Source: an uncultured Spirochaetota bacterium (lineage in GTDB: Bacteria; Spirochaetota; Spirochaetia; SZUA-6; CAVTHK01). Taken from it: DNA of 64,000 nucleotides. Made by a program: the position numbers and the translations under genes. Positions 41,649-51,165 of this stretch are shown in pieces. Location: contig CAVTHK010000003.1 in NCBI GenBank assembly GCA_963734495.1, forward strand, positions 320,001 through 384,000, read 5' to 3'. The notes under the pieces were generated by a model. The model saw nothing but the letters and a program-made list of their open reading frames with translations, was not told where the DNA came from and did not search any database. The first letter of the stretch is position 1, and the number at the start of each line of letters is the position of its first letter.

Positions 41649-43589
41649 TTACTGAATGTACCACTGGTCGGCCATGAGGGGCAGGTGATCCTGTTCGTCG
41701 ATGCTGATCTGATCCGCCGGAGGCACGTTCTTGAGGCGATTGCTTACGATGATAACCAGAGGGACGTCGTTCGCCGCCCAGATCCCGAGGCCTTCGGACG
41801 CCCGCAGGCGCTGGTTTTCCGCCATGAGCTTCTGCGCCTGCGCCGGGTCGGTCGCCTGCAGGATCTGGTCCTTCAGGCTCCAGAGCTGCTTCAGGTCCTG
41901 CGGAGGATCCGCAACCTGGTCCGGTCCCGCCTGATACGCCGCATCGATCGGGCCCTCGGTCGTTCGGAACTCGGGGAAGATCACGCTGGTCGTTCCCCAG
42001 ACAACGGCATGAAACGTGCCGTTCGTGACCCCGTTGAACAGCAGCTGTCGGGTCTGAACGCCCAGACGGGCATCGAGGCCGATCTTCCGCCAGTAGTCAA
42101 CGACCATCTGCGCGAAATTGACATGAGCGTTGATCTCCGAAGCGGCGCCGAGGACGATCGTCACGTTGTCGCCGTTCGGATACTGCAGGATCCCGTCGTT
42201 GTCCAGATCCTTCAGACCGAGCTGCTGCAGGAGGTCCTTTGCTTTTTGAGGATCGTACTGGGCGTTGATCTGGGCAATCTGCGCCATCTCGTTGTCCCAG
42301 TAAGGCGACTTTGTGCTGATACCGATATTGGCGACCTTCGCCAGACCGAGAAAGATGTTCTTGTTGATGGCATTACGATCGAGCGCAAGGCTCAGCGCGT
42401 TGCGGAACTTGGGCGTGCGCAGCAGCTCTCGCAGTCGCGTGTACTTGGGGTCCTTGAGGTCATAGTCGAACCATATCTCGTTTCCATTCGTAAAGTTGTC
42501 GCCGACGGCGAGCGCGACCTTGTAGTTGCCCTTCTGTTCGCTCTGCTTGAGAATGGGGAGGTTCTGCAGCACTTGGAAGTTCCGCTCCGCCAGGTCCACC
42601 TGGCCGGCCATGCCCCGGAGCACCGCCGCCTCTTGAGAGCCAAGCATCGTGAATACCATCTTGTCGATGTACGGAAGCTGATTCCCCTTGGCATCCACTG
42701 CCCAGTAGTACGGGTTGCGCACGAGAACGGCCTCGGTGGCGGGGTCATACTTGCTCAGGATCCACGGCGAAGCTGTCGGCAAGTCCGGATTTGCCGGAGC
42801 GTACACCTTCTGGAAGTCTCGCCACGTGGCCTGCGGGTTGTTGTCCGGGCTGAACTTCTCGAGGTAGTGCTTGGGAGCCAGAAGCGCGCCGTACGGAGCA
42901 AGCGAGTTTGAGTAGAGTGCCGCCAGGAACCAGGGGTAGGGCCCGGCGAACTGGAAGTGCACCGTGAAATCGTCGACTTTCGTCACCTGCATCGGTTGAC
43001 CCTTGACGACGAACTGCGAGGGCACGGTCGGCTGGTAGTTCTTGTTCATCTGGACTTTGTTCCAGGTCCAGGTGATATCGTCGGCAGTGAGCGGAGCGCC
43101 GTCCGACCATTTGACTCCTTTCCGCAAGTAGACGGAGAGCCCCGTCGCGTTGGGGTCCCACTTCCAGTTTTCCGCGATCGCCGGGCTCCACCCTTCCATA
43201 CCGTTCTTGGAGATTCCCCCCATGTCGCGATATGTGCGGCCGATGAGCCCGCCGTACAGTGCCGTCTTGTACAGGACCCATTTGTCCGCGTCCCCCAGCT
43301 GGAAGCCCTGGAAGGTGCCGCCGTAAGTGCCGATCTTGTCCACCACCTTCTCGACGAACGGGTTCTGCGGCAGCCGCTGCTCGACCGGCGGCAGTTTGCC
43401 GGCGACGACCGCCTCATGGAGCATCGGCGCCTCCTGGTACTTGCCCGGAGCCGGCAACACCGATGGTTGGGTCGATCCCGCGGCGGATCCCGGCTTGTTC
43501 AGCTGTTCCTTTTGCCCTCCCGCGAACGCGCCTGCGCCCACAAAGGCGACAAACAGCACAACGCAGAGAGCCCAGTGTCTATGCGACAT
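41649..43589 (-). CDS. ABC substrate-binding protein, family 5 (oligosaccharide-binding type)
   Basis: FAGGQKE, EAPML..GKLPPVEQRLP, KWSDGAPLTADD and NPYYW..GNQLPYID. Confidence 0.88.
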   Translation of the reverse strand: MSHRHWALCVVLFVAFVGAGAFAGGQKEQLNKPGSAAGSTQPSVLPAPGKYQEAPMLHEAVVAGKLPPVEQRLPQNPFVEKVVDKIGTYGGTFQGFQLGDADKWVLYKTALYGGLIGRTYRDMGGISKNGMEGWSPAIAENWKWDPNATGLSVYLRKGVKWSDGAPLTADDITWTWNKVQMNKNYQPTVPSQFVVKGQPMQVTKVDDFTVHFQFAGPYPWFLAALYSNSLAPYGALLAPKHYLEKFSPDNNPQATWRDFQKVYAPANPDLPTASPWILSKYDPATEAVLVRNPYYWAVDAKGNQLPYIDKMVFTMLGSQEAAVLRGMAGQVDLAERNFQVLQNLPILKQSEQKGNYKVALAVGDNFTNGNEIWFDYDLKDPKYTRLRELLRTPKFRNALSLALDRNAINKNIFLGLAKVANIGISTKSPYWDNEMAQIAQINAQYDPQKAKDLLQQLGLKDLDNDGILQYPNGDNVTIVLGAASEINAHVNFAQMVVDYWRKIGLDARLGVQTRQLLFNGVTNGTFHAVVWGTTSVIFPEFRTTEGPIDAAYQAGPDQVADPPQDLKQLWSLKDQILQATDPAQAQKLMAENQRLRASEGLGIWAANDVPLVIIVSNRLKNVPPADQISIDEQDHLPLMADQWYIQ

Positions 43590-43737
43590 CCTCCTGCCTC
43601 CTCGGAGGTCTTTGATCTTCCGGATCAAAGCCTCAGTCTCACCGAGATTCGAGTCCCGTAGCCAGGCCATGTCCTTCGTTCGCGGCGCCTTCACCTCCCC
43701 GTCAGGCCCATGCTCAGTGGTGTCCCGTCGGCCATTC

Positions 43738-45135
43738 TCAGAATCCAGGCCGCGGCTGGGGCACAGCCCCTTCCCGGTTGAACCGCTCGCACTCGGCGGC
43801 GACCAGCGGGAGGAAATTTCCGCGGACCGAGTAGAGCCGGCCGCTCTTTACCATCACCTCGATACGAAGCGTGCGATTCTGCAGCGACGAAAGAGTCCGT
43901 CCACTCTCCCATCGTGGTGTCCACTCGGTCAAGTCGCCGGTGAACGGCTGGCAGTTCTCGAACGAGTAACCATCAATCCCGGTTCCCCTGTCGTCCGTGA
44001 CACGAACGCGGGCCTCGCCGCGTTGACTCTGCAGGTTGACCTGCAGCTCTCCGCCCTGCCAGAGGACCACACGTGTGCCAACCAGCCCGCGACCTCCCGT
44101 GCTCTCCAGATAGGCAAAGCCGTCCGGTCGGAGTCTGTGGACCGTCATGGATCCTGTGCCGTACTCGTTGTAGCCGTGCTCCCGGGTGCAGGCAGAGGAG
44201 TAGATCAGGATCGTACGATCCGCCGCGACTCGGAAGCTGGAGGGGTAGATGCATCCGTATGTTGGCGATTCCGGCGGTCCGTTGGGGAACAGTGGCTCGC
44301 GTATCGCTCTCTGGAAGTGCCATCCGTTGAGGCTGTAGGCCACCTGACAATCCACGTGGCCATCGTAGTACTTGTGCGGAGAATGGCCCTCGACCATCGG
44401 ATCGACGTGGTACAGCCACAAGAAACCGATGTAGTAGCCTTCGTACGGGAGAACAGGCATTCCATAGGGCTCGCACAGGGGTGTGTCCAGGCCGTCCGCC
44501 TGCAAGGCCAATTCCGGTTGCGTGAAATTCGACCAGTCTCTCGTCTCTATGAGCGCGATCCGTCTATCGGTCAATTCCGGTCGTGTGGTGAGCACGTATG
44601 AATTGCGCACGGAGTTCCAGAACGCGGCGACCCCGGGGTCCGGACCGCTTGCCTGCCACCGTACACCCTCCTTTTCCGTCCATCTGATGCCGTCGGGCGA
44701 GCACAGCAGCCTGGTCTCGAGGCGGTACCTCGACGCGTGGTGTACGACAAAGCCCTTCAGCCGTTCGCTCGCGGAGGCATGCGGATCCACATAGCAGGCC
44801 GGCCACTCGGTGAATCGGCGCAAGGGCAGGACTTGATTGGGGAGAATCCGGTCGGGAAGGCTCAGCTCGCGCGTCGTGTCCCGAGGAGAGAAGGCGACTC
44901 CGTCTTTGCTCTCGGCGAGCAACGCGACCCTCGTGCCGTCCTGTACCCACCCCTGATAGCTCAACCGAAACAGACCGGTCTCGGGATCCTGGAAGACGCC
45001 CGGGTACCCCCACGCCGTGTTTGCGTTCGGGTCCCGATAGACCGACTCCGGCAACAGGACAGGTGAACCGATTCTCCTCTCCATATTGAGTCGGAGATTC
45101 AGGCGCTGGTCGTCGAAGAAAAGCAGAGTGACCAT
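43738..45135 (-). CDS. Uncharacterised beta-propeller glycoside-hydrolase-like protein
   Basis: Asp-box-like SKDGVAF, SPDGIRW and SLNGWHF; RPDGF motif and C-terminal LYS; TATAAT at 45165-45170 upstream. Confidence 0.6.
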   Translation of the reverse strand: MVTLLFFDDQRLNLRLNMERRIGSPVLLPESVYRDPNANTAWGYPGVFQDPETGLFRLSYQGWVQDGTRVALLAESKDGVAFSPRDTTRELSLPDRILPNQVLPLRRFTEWPACYVDPHASASERLKGFVVHHASRYRLETRLLCSPDGIRWTEKEGVRWQASGPDPGVAAFWNSVRNSYVLTTRPELTDRRIALIETRDWSNFTQPELALQADGLDTPLCEPYGMPVLPYEGYYIGFLWLYHVDPMVEGHSPHKYYDGHVDCQVAYSLNGWHFQRAIREPLFPNGPPESPTYGCIYPSSFRVAADRTILIYSSACTREHGYNEYGTGSMTVHRLRPDGFAYLESTGGRGLVGTRVVLWQGGELQVNLQSQRGEARVRVTDDRGTGIDGYSFENCQPFTGDLTEWTPRWESGRTLSSLQNRTLRIEVMVKSGRLYSVRGNFLPLVAAECERFNREGAVPQPRPGF

Positions 45136-45348
45136 TTTGGCTCCTGCCTTCCGCGGTGGCCTGCATTATACCCGGGAGACCGTAGCTGTCTACACTCCGC
45201 GTATTCGCACTACACGCACACGCTTGGGCGGCGTTGGTATGGGTTGTCGTCCACGGGGCCAGCCCGGATTTCTCATGAGGCTCTGGCGGAGAAATCTCGA
45301 CGATAGGAGCCGTCGCCGCCGCCGCCCGCGGCGCGTTATCTTCGGGCC

Positions 45349-46287
45349 GTGACGACCGGCATCCATCACATCACGGCGATCGCGGGGGACCCGCAGGCCA
45401 ACGTCGACTTCTACGTGGGCGTCCTCGGCCTGCGCCTGATCAAGCGGACCGTCAACTTCGACGACCCCGGCACCTGGCACCTCTACTACGGCGACGAGGC
45501 GGGGACGCCCGGAACGGTGCTCACCTTCTTCCCATGGGGAAGCCGGGCAGCCAAGGGCAGACCCGGCGCCGGCCAGAGCACGGGGGTGGCGTTCTCGGTG
45601 CCTCCGGAATCGCTGGACTTCTGGGGCCGGCGCCTCGAGAGCCGATCGCCCCGCGCGGTCGACATCGCCGGCGAGCGCTGCCTCGAGGTCGCCGACCCGG
45701 ACGGCATCCGCGTGCGGCTGGTCGCGGTCGCCGAGGACGCCCGGCCCGGCTGGGCCGAGAGCGGCATACCGCGGCTGCACGCCGTGCGCGGCTTCCATGC
45801 CGTGGAGCTGCGCCTGCGCAGCGCGGAGGCGACCGCTGCGCTGATGACCGGCGCGCTCGGCTTCCGCCAGGTCCCGGGCCGGGCGGCCGGCGGCGGCGCG
45901 GGCCGCCGGCTGCAGGCCGGCGCGGGCGGGTCCGGGGCGTTCGTCGACCTGGTTGAGGACGCCGAAGGCTCCGCGGGCCGCATGGGCGTGGGCGCCGTCC
46001 ACCACGTCGCCTGGCGGATCGCGGACGACGCGAAGCAGCTCACGCTGCGCGAGGCGCTGCTGCGGCGCGGGCTCGCGGTGAGCGACGTGCGCGATCGGCA
46101 GTACTTCCACTCCATCTACTTCGTCGAGCCGGGCGGCATCCTGTTCGAGGCCGCCACCGACGGGCCCGGCTTCGGTTTCGACGAGGAGCCTTCCCGTCTG
46201 GGGCGCGAGCTCAAGCTGCCGCCCTGGCTGGAGCCCGAGCGCGAGAAGATCGAGGGCGCCCTCGCGCCCGTGACCTTCCCCGGGTGA
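45349..46287 (+). CDS. Ring-cleaving dioxygenase, two-domain VOC (MhqO/LinE-like)
   Basis: GIHHITAI, TVNFDDP, LTFF, VHHVAW and DRQYFHSIYF. Confidence 0.88.
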   Translation: MTTGIHHITAIAGDPQANVDFYVGVLGLRLIKRTVNFDDPGTWHLYYGDEAGTPGTVLTFFPWGSRAAKGRPGAGQSTGVAFSVPPESLDFWGRRLESRSPRAVDIAGERCLEVADPDGIRVRLVAVAEDARPGWAESGIPRLHAVRGFHAVELRLRSAEATAALMTGALGFRQVPGRAAGGGAGRRLQAGAGGSGAFVDLVEDAEGSAGRMGVGAVHHVAWRIADDAKQLTLREALLRRGLAVSDVRDRQYFHSIYFVEPGGILFEAATDGPGFGFDEEPSRLGRELKLPPWLEPEREKIEGALAPVTFPG

Positions 46288-46967
46288 GCGCCGGTGAGCG
46301 GACGGCCGTCGTGAGCGACCTGGTGCTCCGCGGCGAGCCTCTTGCCGCGGCCCGCGGGGCGTTGCTGATGCTCCACGGCCGCGGCGCGACGGCCGAAGAC
46401 ATCCTGGAGCTCGCGGAGGCGCTGCCGCGGGAAGGTTTCGCGTTTGCCGCCGCGCGGGCGCCCGCGGGCGCAGACAGCTGGTACCCCTACCGCTTTCTCG
46501 AGCCGCTGGAGAGGAACGAGCCCGCGCTCTCGCGTTCCCTCGCCCGCGTGGCCGAGTCGCTCGCCTGGCTCGCCGGGCGGGGGATGCCCGCGGAGCGCGT
46601 GATCCTGCTCGGCTTCTCGCAGGGAGCCTGCCTCGCCGCGGAGCTCGTGGCGCGATCGGCCGGCTCGGCGCCCGACGGGGCCCGCTACGGCGGCCTCGCC
46701 GTTCTCAGCGGGGGCCTGATCGGGCCGCCCGATCCCGGGCTGGAGCGCCGCTACACCGGCTCGCTGCGCGGCACGCCGGTCTTTGTCGGCTGCAGCGACG
46801 TGGACCCGCACATCCCGCTGGAGCGGGTCCACGAGACGGCCCGCATCTTTGGCGGCCTCGGCGCCGAGGTGACGGAGCGCGTCTACCCCGGGCTCGGCCA
46901 CGAGGTCAACGGCGACGAGATCGAGCGGATCGCGGCGATGATGCAGCGCGTGGCGGGCGGCAGGTAG
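46284..46967 (+). CDS. Phospholipase/carboxylesterase (alpha/beta hydrolase)
   Basis: LHGRG, GFSQG, DPHIP and GH catalytic triad. Confidence 0.88.
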   Translation: MSAGERTAVVSDLVLRGEPLAAARGALLMLHGRGATAEDILELAEALPREGFAFAAARAPAGADSWYPYRFLEPLERNEPALSRSLARVAESLAWLAGRGMPAERVILLGFSQGACLAAELVARSAGSAPDGARYGGLAVLSGGLIGPPDPGLERRYTGSLRGTPVFVGCSDVDPHIPLERVHETARIFGGLGAEVTERVYPGLGHEVNGDEIERIAAMMQRVAGGR

Positions 46968-47023
46968 GCCGGCGGCGGCCCTTCCGTAACCCTCGCTCGC
47001 CGTGTTAGCTTACGCCCGGCGCC

Positions 47024-47959
47024 ATGACACTCGAAGCCTTTGTGCTCGGAACCAGCGGAATGATGCCGCTGCCGGGCCGCCACCTCACCTCGGTGCTGCT
47101 GCGGCGCGAAGGGCAGCTCTTCCTCTTCGATTGCGGCGAAGGCACGCAGGTCTCGCTGCGCCGCCTGAACCTGCGCTGGAAGAAGATCTCCGTCATCTTC
47201 ATCAGCCATTCCCACGCCGACCACGTGACCGGGCTTCCCGGCATGCTGATGCTGTCCTCGCAGGTCGAGCGCGACGATCCCCTGCTGATCGTGGGCCCGC
47301 CGCGGACGCGGGAGTTCGTCGAGGCCAACCGGCGCATCCTCGACATGTACATCAACTACCCCATCGAGATCGTCGACGTGGACCCGCGCGCTCCTGAGGT
47401 CGTCTACGAGCAGGACGGCTTCCGCGTCCGCTCCCACCCCCTCAGCCACACCAAGCCGTGCGTCGCGTACACGCTCGAGGAGGACAAGCGCCCGGGCGAG
47501 TTCCACCCGGAGCGGGCCCAGGAGCTGGGCGTGCCGCGCGGCCCGCTGTGGTCGAAGCTCCAGGCCGGCGAACCCGTCCCGTCCAGCTCGGGCGCTCTCG
47601 TGAAGCCGGAGCAGGTGATGGGGCAGCCGCGGCCCGGCCGGAAATTCAGCTTCGTCACCGACACGGTCCCCGCCGCCGGGGTCGCGGAGTTCGTGGCGGG
47701 GAGCAACCTGTTCATCTGCGAGGGCATGTTCGAGCAGGAGCTGCTCGAGAGCGCCCGCGAGAAGAAGCACCTGACGGCCCGTCAGGCCGCGGAGATCGCC
47801 CGCGACGGGGGCGTGAAGAGCATGGGGCTCATCCACTACAGCCCCCGCTACGCCAAGCGCGAGCTGGACAAGCTGCTCGCCGAGGCGCAGGAGATCTTTC
47901 CCGCGACCTTCCTCAGCCGCGACGGCCAGAACATCCCGATCCCCTTCGAGGACGAGTAA
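47024..47959 (+). CDS. rnz: Ribonuclease Z
   Basis: LGTSG..P, DCGEGTQ, HSHADH, exosite GP motif and IHYSPRY. Confidence 0.93.
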   Translation: MTLEAFVLGTSGMMPLPGRHLTSVLLRREGQLFLFDCGEGTQVSLRRLNLRWKKISVIFISHSHADHVTGLPGMLMLSSQVERDDPLLIVGPPRTREFVEANRRILDMYINYPIEIVDVDPRAPEVVYEQDGFRVRSHPLSHTKPCVAYTLEEDKRPGEFHPERAQELGVPRGPLWSKLQAGEPVPSSSGALVKPEQVMGQPRPGRKFSFVTDTVPAAGVAEFVAGSNLFICEGMFEQELLESAREKKHLTARQAAEIARDGGVKSMGLIHYSPRYAKRELDKLLAEAQEIFPATFLSRDGQNIPIPFEDE

Positions 47960-48107
47960 GAAACTGAAGGCTGCCGCCGGGGGGAGGCCGCTCCCGACCG
48001 CCGCGGGGAGGGGCTCCTCGGCCGCGCGCGGGAGTCCCGCATGGCGGGTGCCTTCCTTCATCTAATTCTTTATCCTGAAATTGGTTACTAGCAAAATCGG
48101 CTCGAGG

Positions 48108-48137
48108 TTGACGCCGGCCGGTCCGGGGGGGTAGACT
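48108..48137 (+). promoter_or_regulatory. Promoter TTGACG-N18-TAGACT with AT-rich upstream element
   Basis: Hexamers seen directly; spacer contains a G7 run, so true spacing may be 17; AT-rich 48060-48097. Confidence 0.6.
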
Positions 48138-48142
48138 CTCTG

Positions 48143-48310
48143 TGCGATCCGGCCGATCAACCGGCTGGACGCAAGAGACTCCCGCGTAAAGGGGGAGAGG
48201 CAAAAGCAGATGGATCGCAGCGAAGATCCTGGGAGTAGGACCTCCACCTAAGGCGCGGGAGCCGCCTCTCGTCTCCCGTGCCGGTCCCTCCCGACACAGG
48301 AGGCACGGAG
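48143..48310 (+). ncRNA. Candidate cis-regulatory leader RNA (riboswitch-like, family not recognised)
   Basis: Several perfect 7-10 bp complementary segments, mutually exclusive, one occluding the RBS. Confidence 0.5.
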
Positions 48311-48985
48311 ATGAAGAGGCACAAGATCTTTGGGGACCCGTTCATCACGGGCGGGTTCATCACCAGTTTTTTCAGCGGATTCCTGTACCCGGTCTACGTG
48401 ACCCTCATCCTGGCGAAGCTCGACGCCCGCGTCATCGCGCTCGGGTCGATCCTGTCGGGAGGGTTCCCCGTCGTGATCGGGCTCGCGCTCGAGAACCGGC
48501 GGCTGCATGACTGGCTCTACACGGCGCTGCCCGCGATCATGGTGGGCGAGGTGGCGCTCGGGTTCCTCACCGTCTTCGTCGCCCGGGCCGACGTCGCGTC
48601 GTACTACGTCGTCACGATGCTCGTGCTCGGCGTGTTCACCTCCGCCGTGATGTACCTGCTGCAGCGGGTCAAGGAGAAGCGCTACCGCAGGGCGCGCGCC
48701 GCATTCGATCGCCGCTATGCCATGGCGGACGCCCTCGGGTTCCTCGCGGGCTCGGGCCTCAGCATGGTGGGCGTGCCGAAGATCGGCGACCCGCTCATCG
48801 TGGCCGCGGCCTTCGCGCTTCAGACCGCCGTCGTCTACTCGATGCTTCTGAGCGCGCGGAGCAGCCGCAGGACGCCTGCGCGCCGGGCGCTGCGCGCGGC
48901 CGACCGGTCGCGCGTCGGCGGGGTCCGCGTGGCCGAGGACCCGTTTCCATGGCGCCGCCCGATCCTCGCCGGAGTGGCAGCTTGA
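48311..48985 (+). CDS. Uncharacterised membrane protein (~6 TM, half-MFS-like)
   Basis: AGGAGG RBS; alternating hydrophobic segments. Confidence 0.7.
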   Translation: MKRHKIFGDPFITGGFITSFFSGFLYPVYVTLILAKLDARVIALGSILSGGFPVVIGLALENRRLHDWLYTALPAIMVGEVALGFLTVFVARADVASYYVVTMLVLGVFTSAVMYLLQRVKEKRYRRARAAFDRRYAMADALGFLAGSGLSMVGVPKIGDPLIVAAAFALQTAVVYSMLLSARSSRRTPARRALRAADRSRVGGVRVAEDPFPWRRPILAGVAA

Positions 48986-49110
48986 TTCCCTGAAAGAGAT
49001 CTAGATCGGGCGCGGTCCGCCGCGCCCGGACGCTCCGAAGCGGCGCGAAGAACGGCCCGTCGAAAGGTCGACAGGAACGATATTGAAGGAAGGCCGCGGC
49101 CGCCCGTGCC

Positions 49111-50319
49111 TCAGCGGGCGGCCGCGGCTGAGGGGGCCGCAGGCGATGCGGTCGCGCGCCGCAGGGAGGCGGCGAGCAGGCGGATCAGCAGCACCGAAGC
49201 CGCGAGCACGATCGCCGCGACCACGGCGAACATCACGCGCAGGCCGGCCGCGGCCCCGATCACGCCGCCGAGCCAGGGGCCGCCGAACAAGCCGAGCGCG
49301 TACAGCGACTGGTGCATGCCCGCCGCCGTGCTGCGCTCGGCCTGGTCCACGCGACGGAGGGTGAGCCCCGTGAGCGTCGGGTAGCCGAGCCCCGTCGCTG
49401 CCTCGACGAGGGCGCCGGCGACGAACAGCGAAGCGAGCGACGGGGCGACCGCCGCCGTCGCGATGCCCGCGATCAGGACGCCGAAGGCGAGGCTCACGAG
49501 CGTGGCGGGAGGCAGCCTTCGCTCCAGCCACGTGCTCGCCACGTTCCCCGCCGTGTTGGACGCCATGGCGACGGTCACGAGCAGGCTCTTCGCGATGTCG
49601 CTTCCGCCGAAGGACGAGGCAAACAGCGGGATAAAGGTCATCGAGGAGGCCCACTCGCCGAAGACGAGCAGCGTCTGCAGCGCGCTCGGCAGGAGCACTT
49701 CGCGCCTGCGCGCCAGCGCCAGGATCGCGGAGAGCGAGATGCGCCGCGGGGCGCGGCGCTCGATCGGCATGACGAGCACGACCACGATCGCGGCGACGCT
49801 CGCCGCGGCGGCCAGCGCGAAGGCAAGGCTGTAGCCTCCCGCCTCGTTCAGCACTCCCGTGAGGCTCGTGGCCACCATCCGCCCGATCGACCCGGTGAGA
49901 TTCAGCAGGGAGGCGGCGAGGACCGCCCGCTCCGGCGCGAACAGGCCGCTGAAGATCGCCATCAGCGGCACCCACGTCGCCGCGGCGAGCCCGGTAAGGC
50001 TGCGCCCCACCGCGAGCCCGGCGACGGAGCGGCTCGCGCCCATCGCGGCCGCGCCCACCGCGGCCAGGAGAAACCCGCCGACGATGAACGGCTTGCCCCG
50101 GCCCGTGGCGTCCACCGCGATGCCGACAGGAAAGCGCGCCAGGACCTGCCACAGCCCGTACATCGAGAGCACGAGCCCCACGAGGGCGAGATCGCTCGTG
50201 CGCCGGCCGACGTAGGTCGGGAGCGTGGGCACGTACAGGTAGAGCGCGATCCAGTAGAGAACGTTCGCCGCGAGGAACAGGATCACGGTCGGCCTGCGGC
50301 GGGCCTGACCTTCGGACAT
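49111..50319 (-). CDS. MFS transporter
   Basis: About 12 hydrophobic segments, GIAVDATGRGK motif A; promoter TTGACC-N17-TAGCGT 7 nt before the ATG. Confidence 0.88.
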   Translation of the reverse strand: MSEGQARRRPTVILFLAANVLYWIALYLYVPTLPTYVGRRTSDLALVGLVLSMYGLWQVLARFPVGIAVDATGRGKPFIVGGFLLAAVGAAAMGASRSVAGLAVGRSLTGLAAATWVPLMAIFSGLFAPERAVLAASLLNLTGSIGRMVATSLTGVLNEAGGYSLAFALAAAASVAAIVVVLVMPIERRAPRRISLSAILALARRREVLLPSALQTLLVFGEWASSMTFIPLFASSFGGSDIAKSLLVTVAMASNTAGNVASTWLERRLPPATLVSLAFGVLIAGIATAAVAPSLASLFVAGALVEAATGLGYPTLTGLTLRRVDQAERSTAAGMHQSLYALGLFGGPWLGGVIGAAAGLRVMFAVVAAIVLAASVLLIRLLAASLRRATASPAAPSAAAAR

Positions 50320-50377
50320 GGCCCGCACGCTACGCTCGGTCTCGACTTCGGTCAAGGCGCCTGCTATTCTCTCGCGG

Positions 50378-51106
50378 ATGGCAGACCGTTTCGAGGTGCT
50401 CGTGCTCGTTGCCAGGCCCGCCGCCGGGAAGAGCGAAGTCATCGATTACCTGCGCAGGACCCCTGAAAACGAGCGCCTCGCCCGTTTCCACATCGGCCGC
50501 TTCCGCGAGATCGACGACTTCCCGATGCTGTGGGCCTGGTTCGAGGAGGACGGGATCCTCGACGAGATGGCGCTGCCCCGCCTGCACACCGACGCGGACG
50601 GTTACTTCCGGCGCCGGGAGCTCTGGGACCTGCTCGTCCGCCGCATCGTCCTCGACTACCGCAAGCTGCTCGCCGAGGACCCGCGGCTGCACGACCACAC
50701 GACCGCGATCTTCGAGTTTTCCCGCGGGTCCGAGCATGGCGGCTACCGCAGCGCCTTCGCGTCGATCGATCCCGACGTGCTCGCGCGGGCCGCCGTGCTG
50801 TACATCGAGGTCTCGTACGCTGAGTCGCTGCGCAAGAACCGCGCGCGCTTCAACCCGGCAAAAGCGCATAGCATCCTCGAGCACGGCCTTCCCGACGCGA
50901 AGATGGAGCGCCTCTACCGCGACGACGACTGGCGGGAGCTCGCGTCGGGCGACGCCGGCCTGTTGCTGGTGGGAGAGGCGAGCGTCCCGTTCGCCGTGAT
51001 GCTGAACGAGGACGACGTGACGACAGCCCGCGGCGAGCCGCTCGGCCGCCGGCTCGAGGAGGCGCTGGGCCGGCTCTGGGCGCGCCGCGCCAACGTCCCC
51101 GGATGA
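50378..51106 (+). CDS. Uncharacterised small P-loop NTPase/kinase-like protein
   Basis: LVLVARPAAGKSE Walker-A variant, IDDF, IFEFSRG and LRKNRAR lid-like segment. Confidence 0.65.
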   Translation: MADRFEVLVLVARPAAGKSEVIDYLRRTPENERLARFHIGRFREIDDFPMLWAWFEEDGILDEMALPRLHTDADGYFRRRELWDLLVRRIVLDYRKLLAEDPRLHDHTTAIFEFSRGSEHGGYRSAFASIDPDVLARAAVLYIEVSYAESLRKNRARFNPAKAHSILEHGLPDAKMERLYRDDDWRELASGDAGLLLVGEASVPFAVMLNEDDVTTARGEPLGRRLEEALGRLWARRANVPG

Positions 51107-51126
51107 CGGCGCTGTCAAAAAGACGC

Positions 51127-51155
51127 TTGATTGCTTGTCATAATGACACTATAGT
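51127..51155 (+). promoter_or_regulatory. Promoter TTGATT-N17-TATAGT with palindrome TGTCAT-A-ATGACA in the spacer
   Basis: -35 at 51127-51132, palindrome at 51136-51148, -10 at 51150-51155. Confidence 0.72.
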
Positions 51156-51165
51156 CTGATTGAAA

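Noticed and set aside
48085-48205. Canonical c-di-GMP-I or yybP-ykoY riboswitch
   Set aside because: Only short fragments (GCAAA, GGACGCAA, GGGAGTAG) match and their order or spacing does not fit; kept as an unassigned candidate
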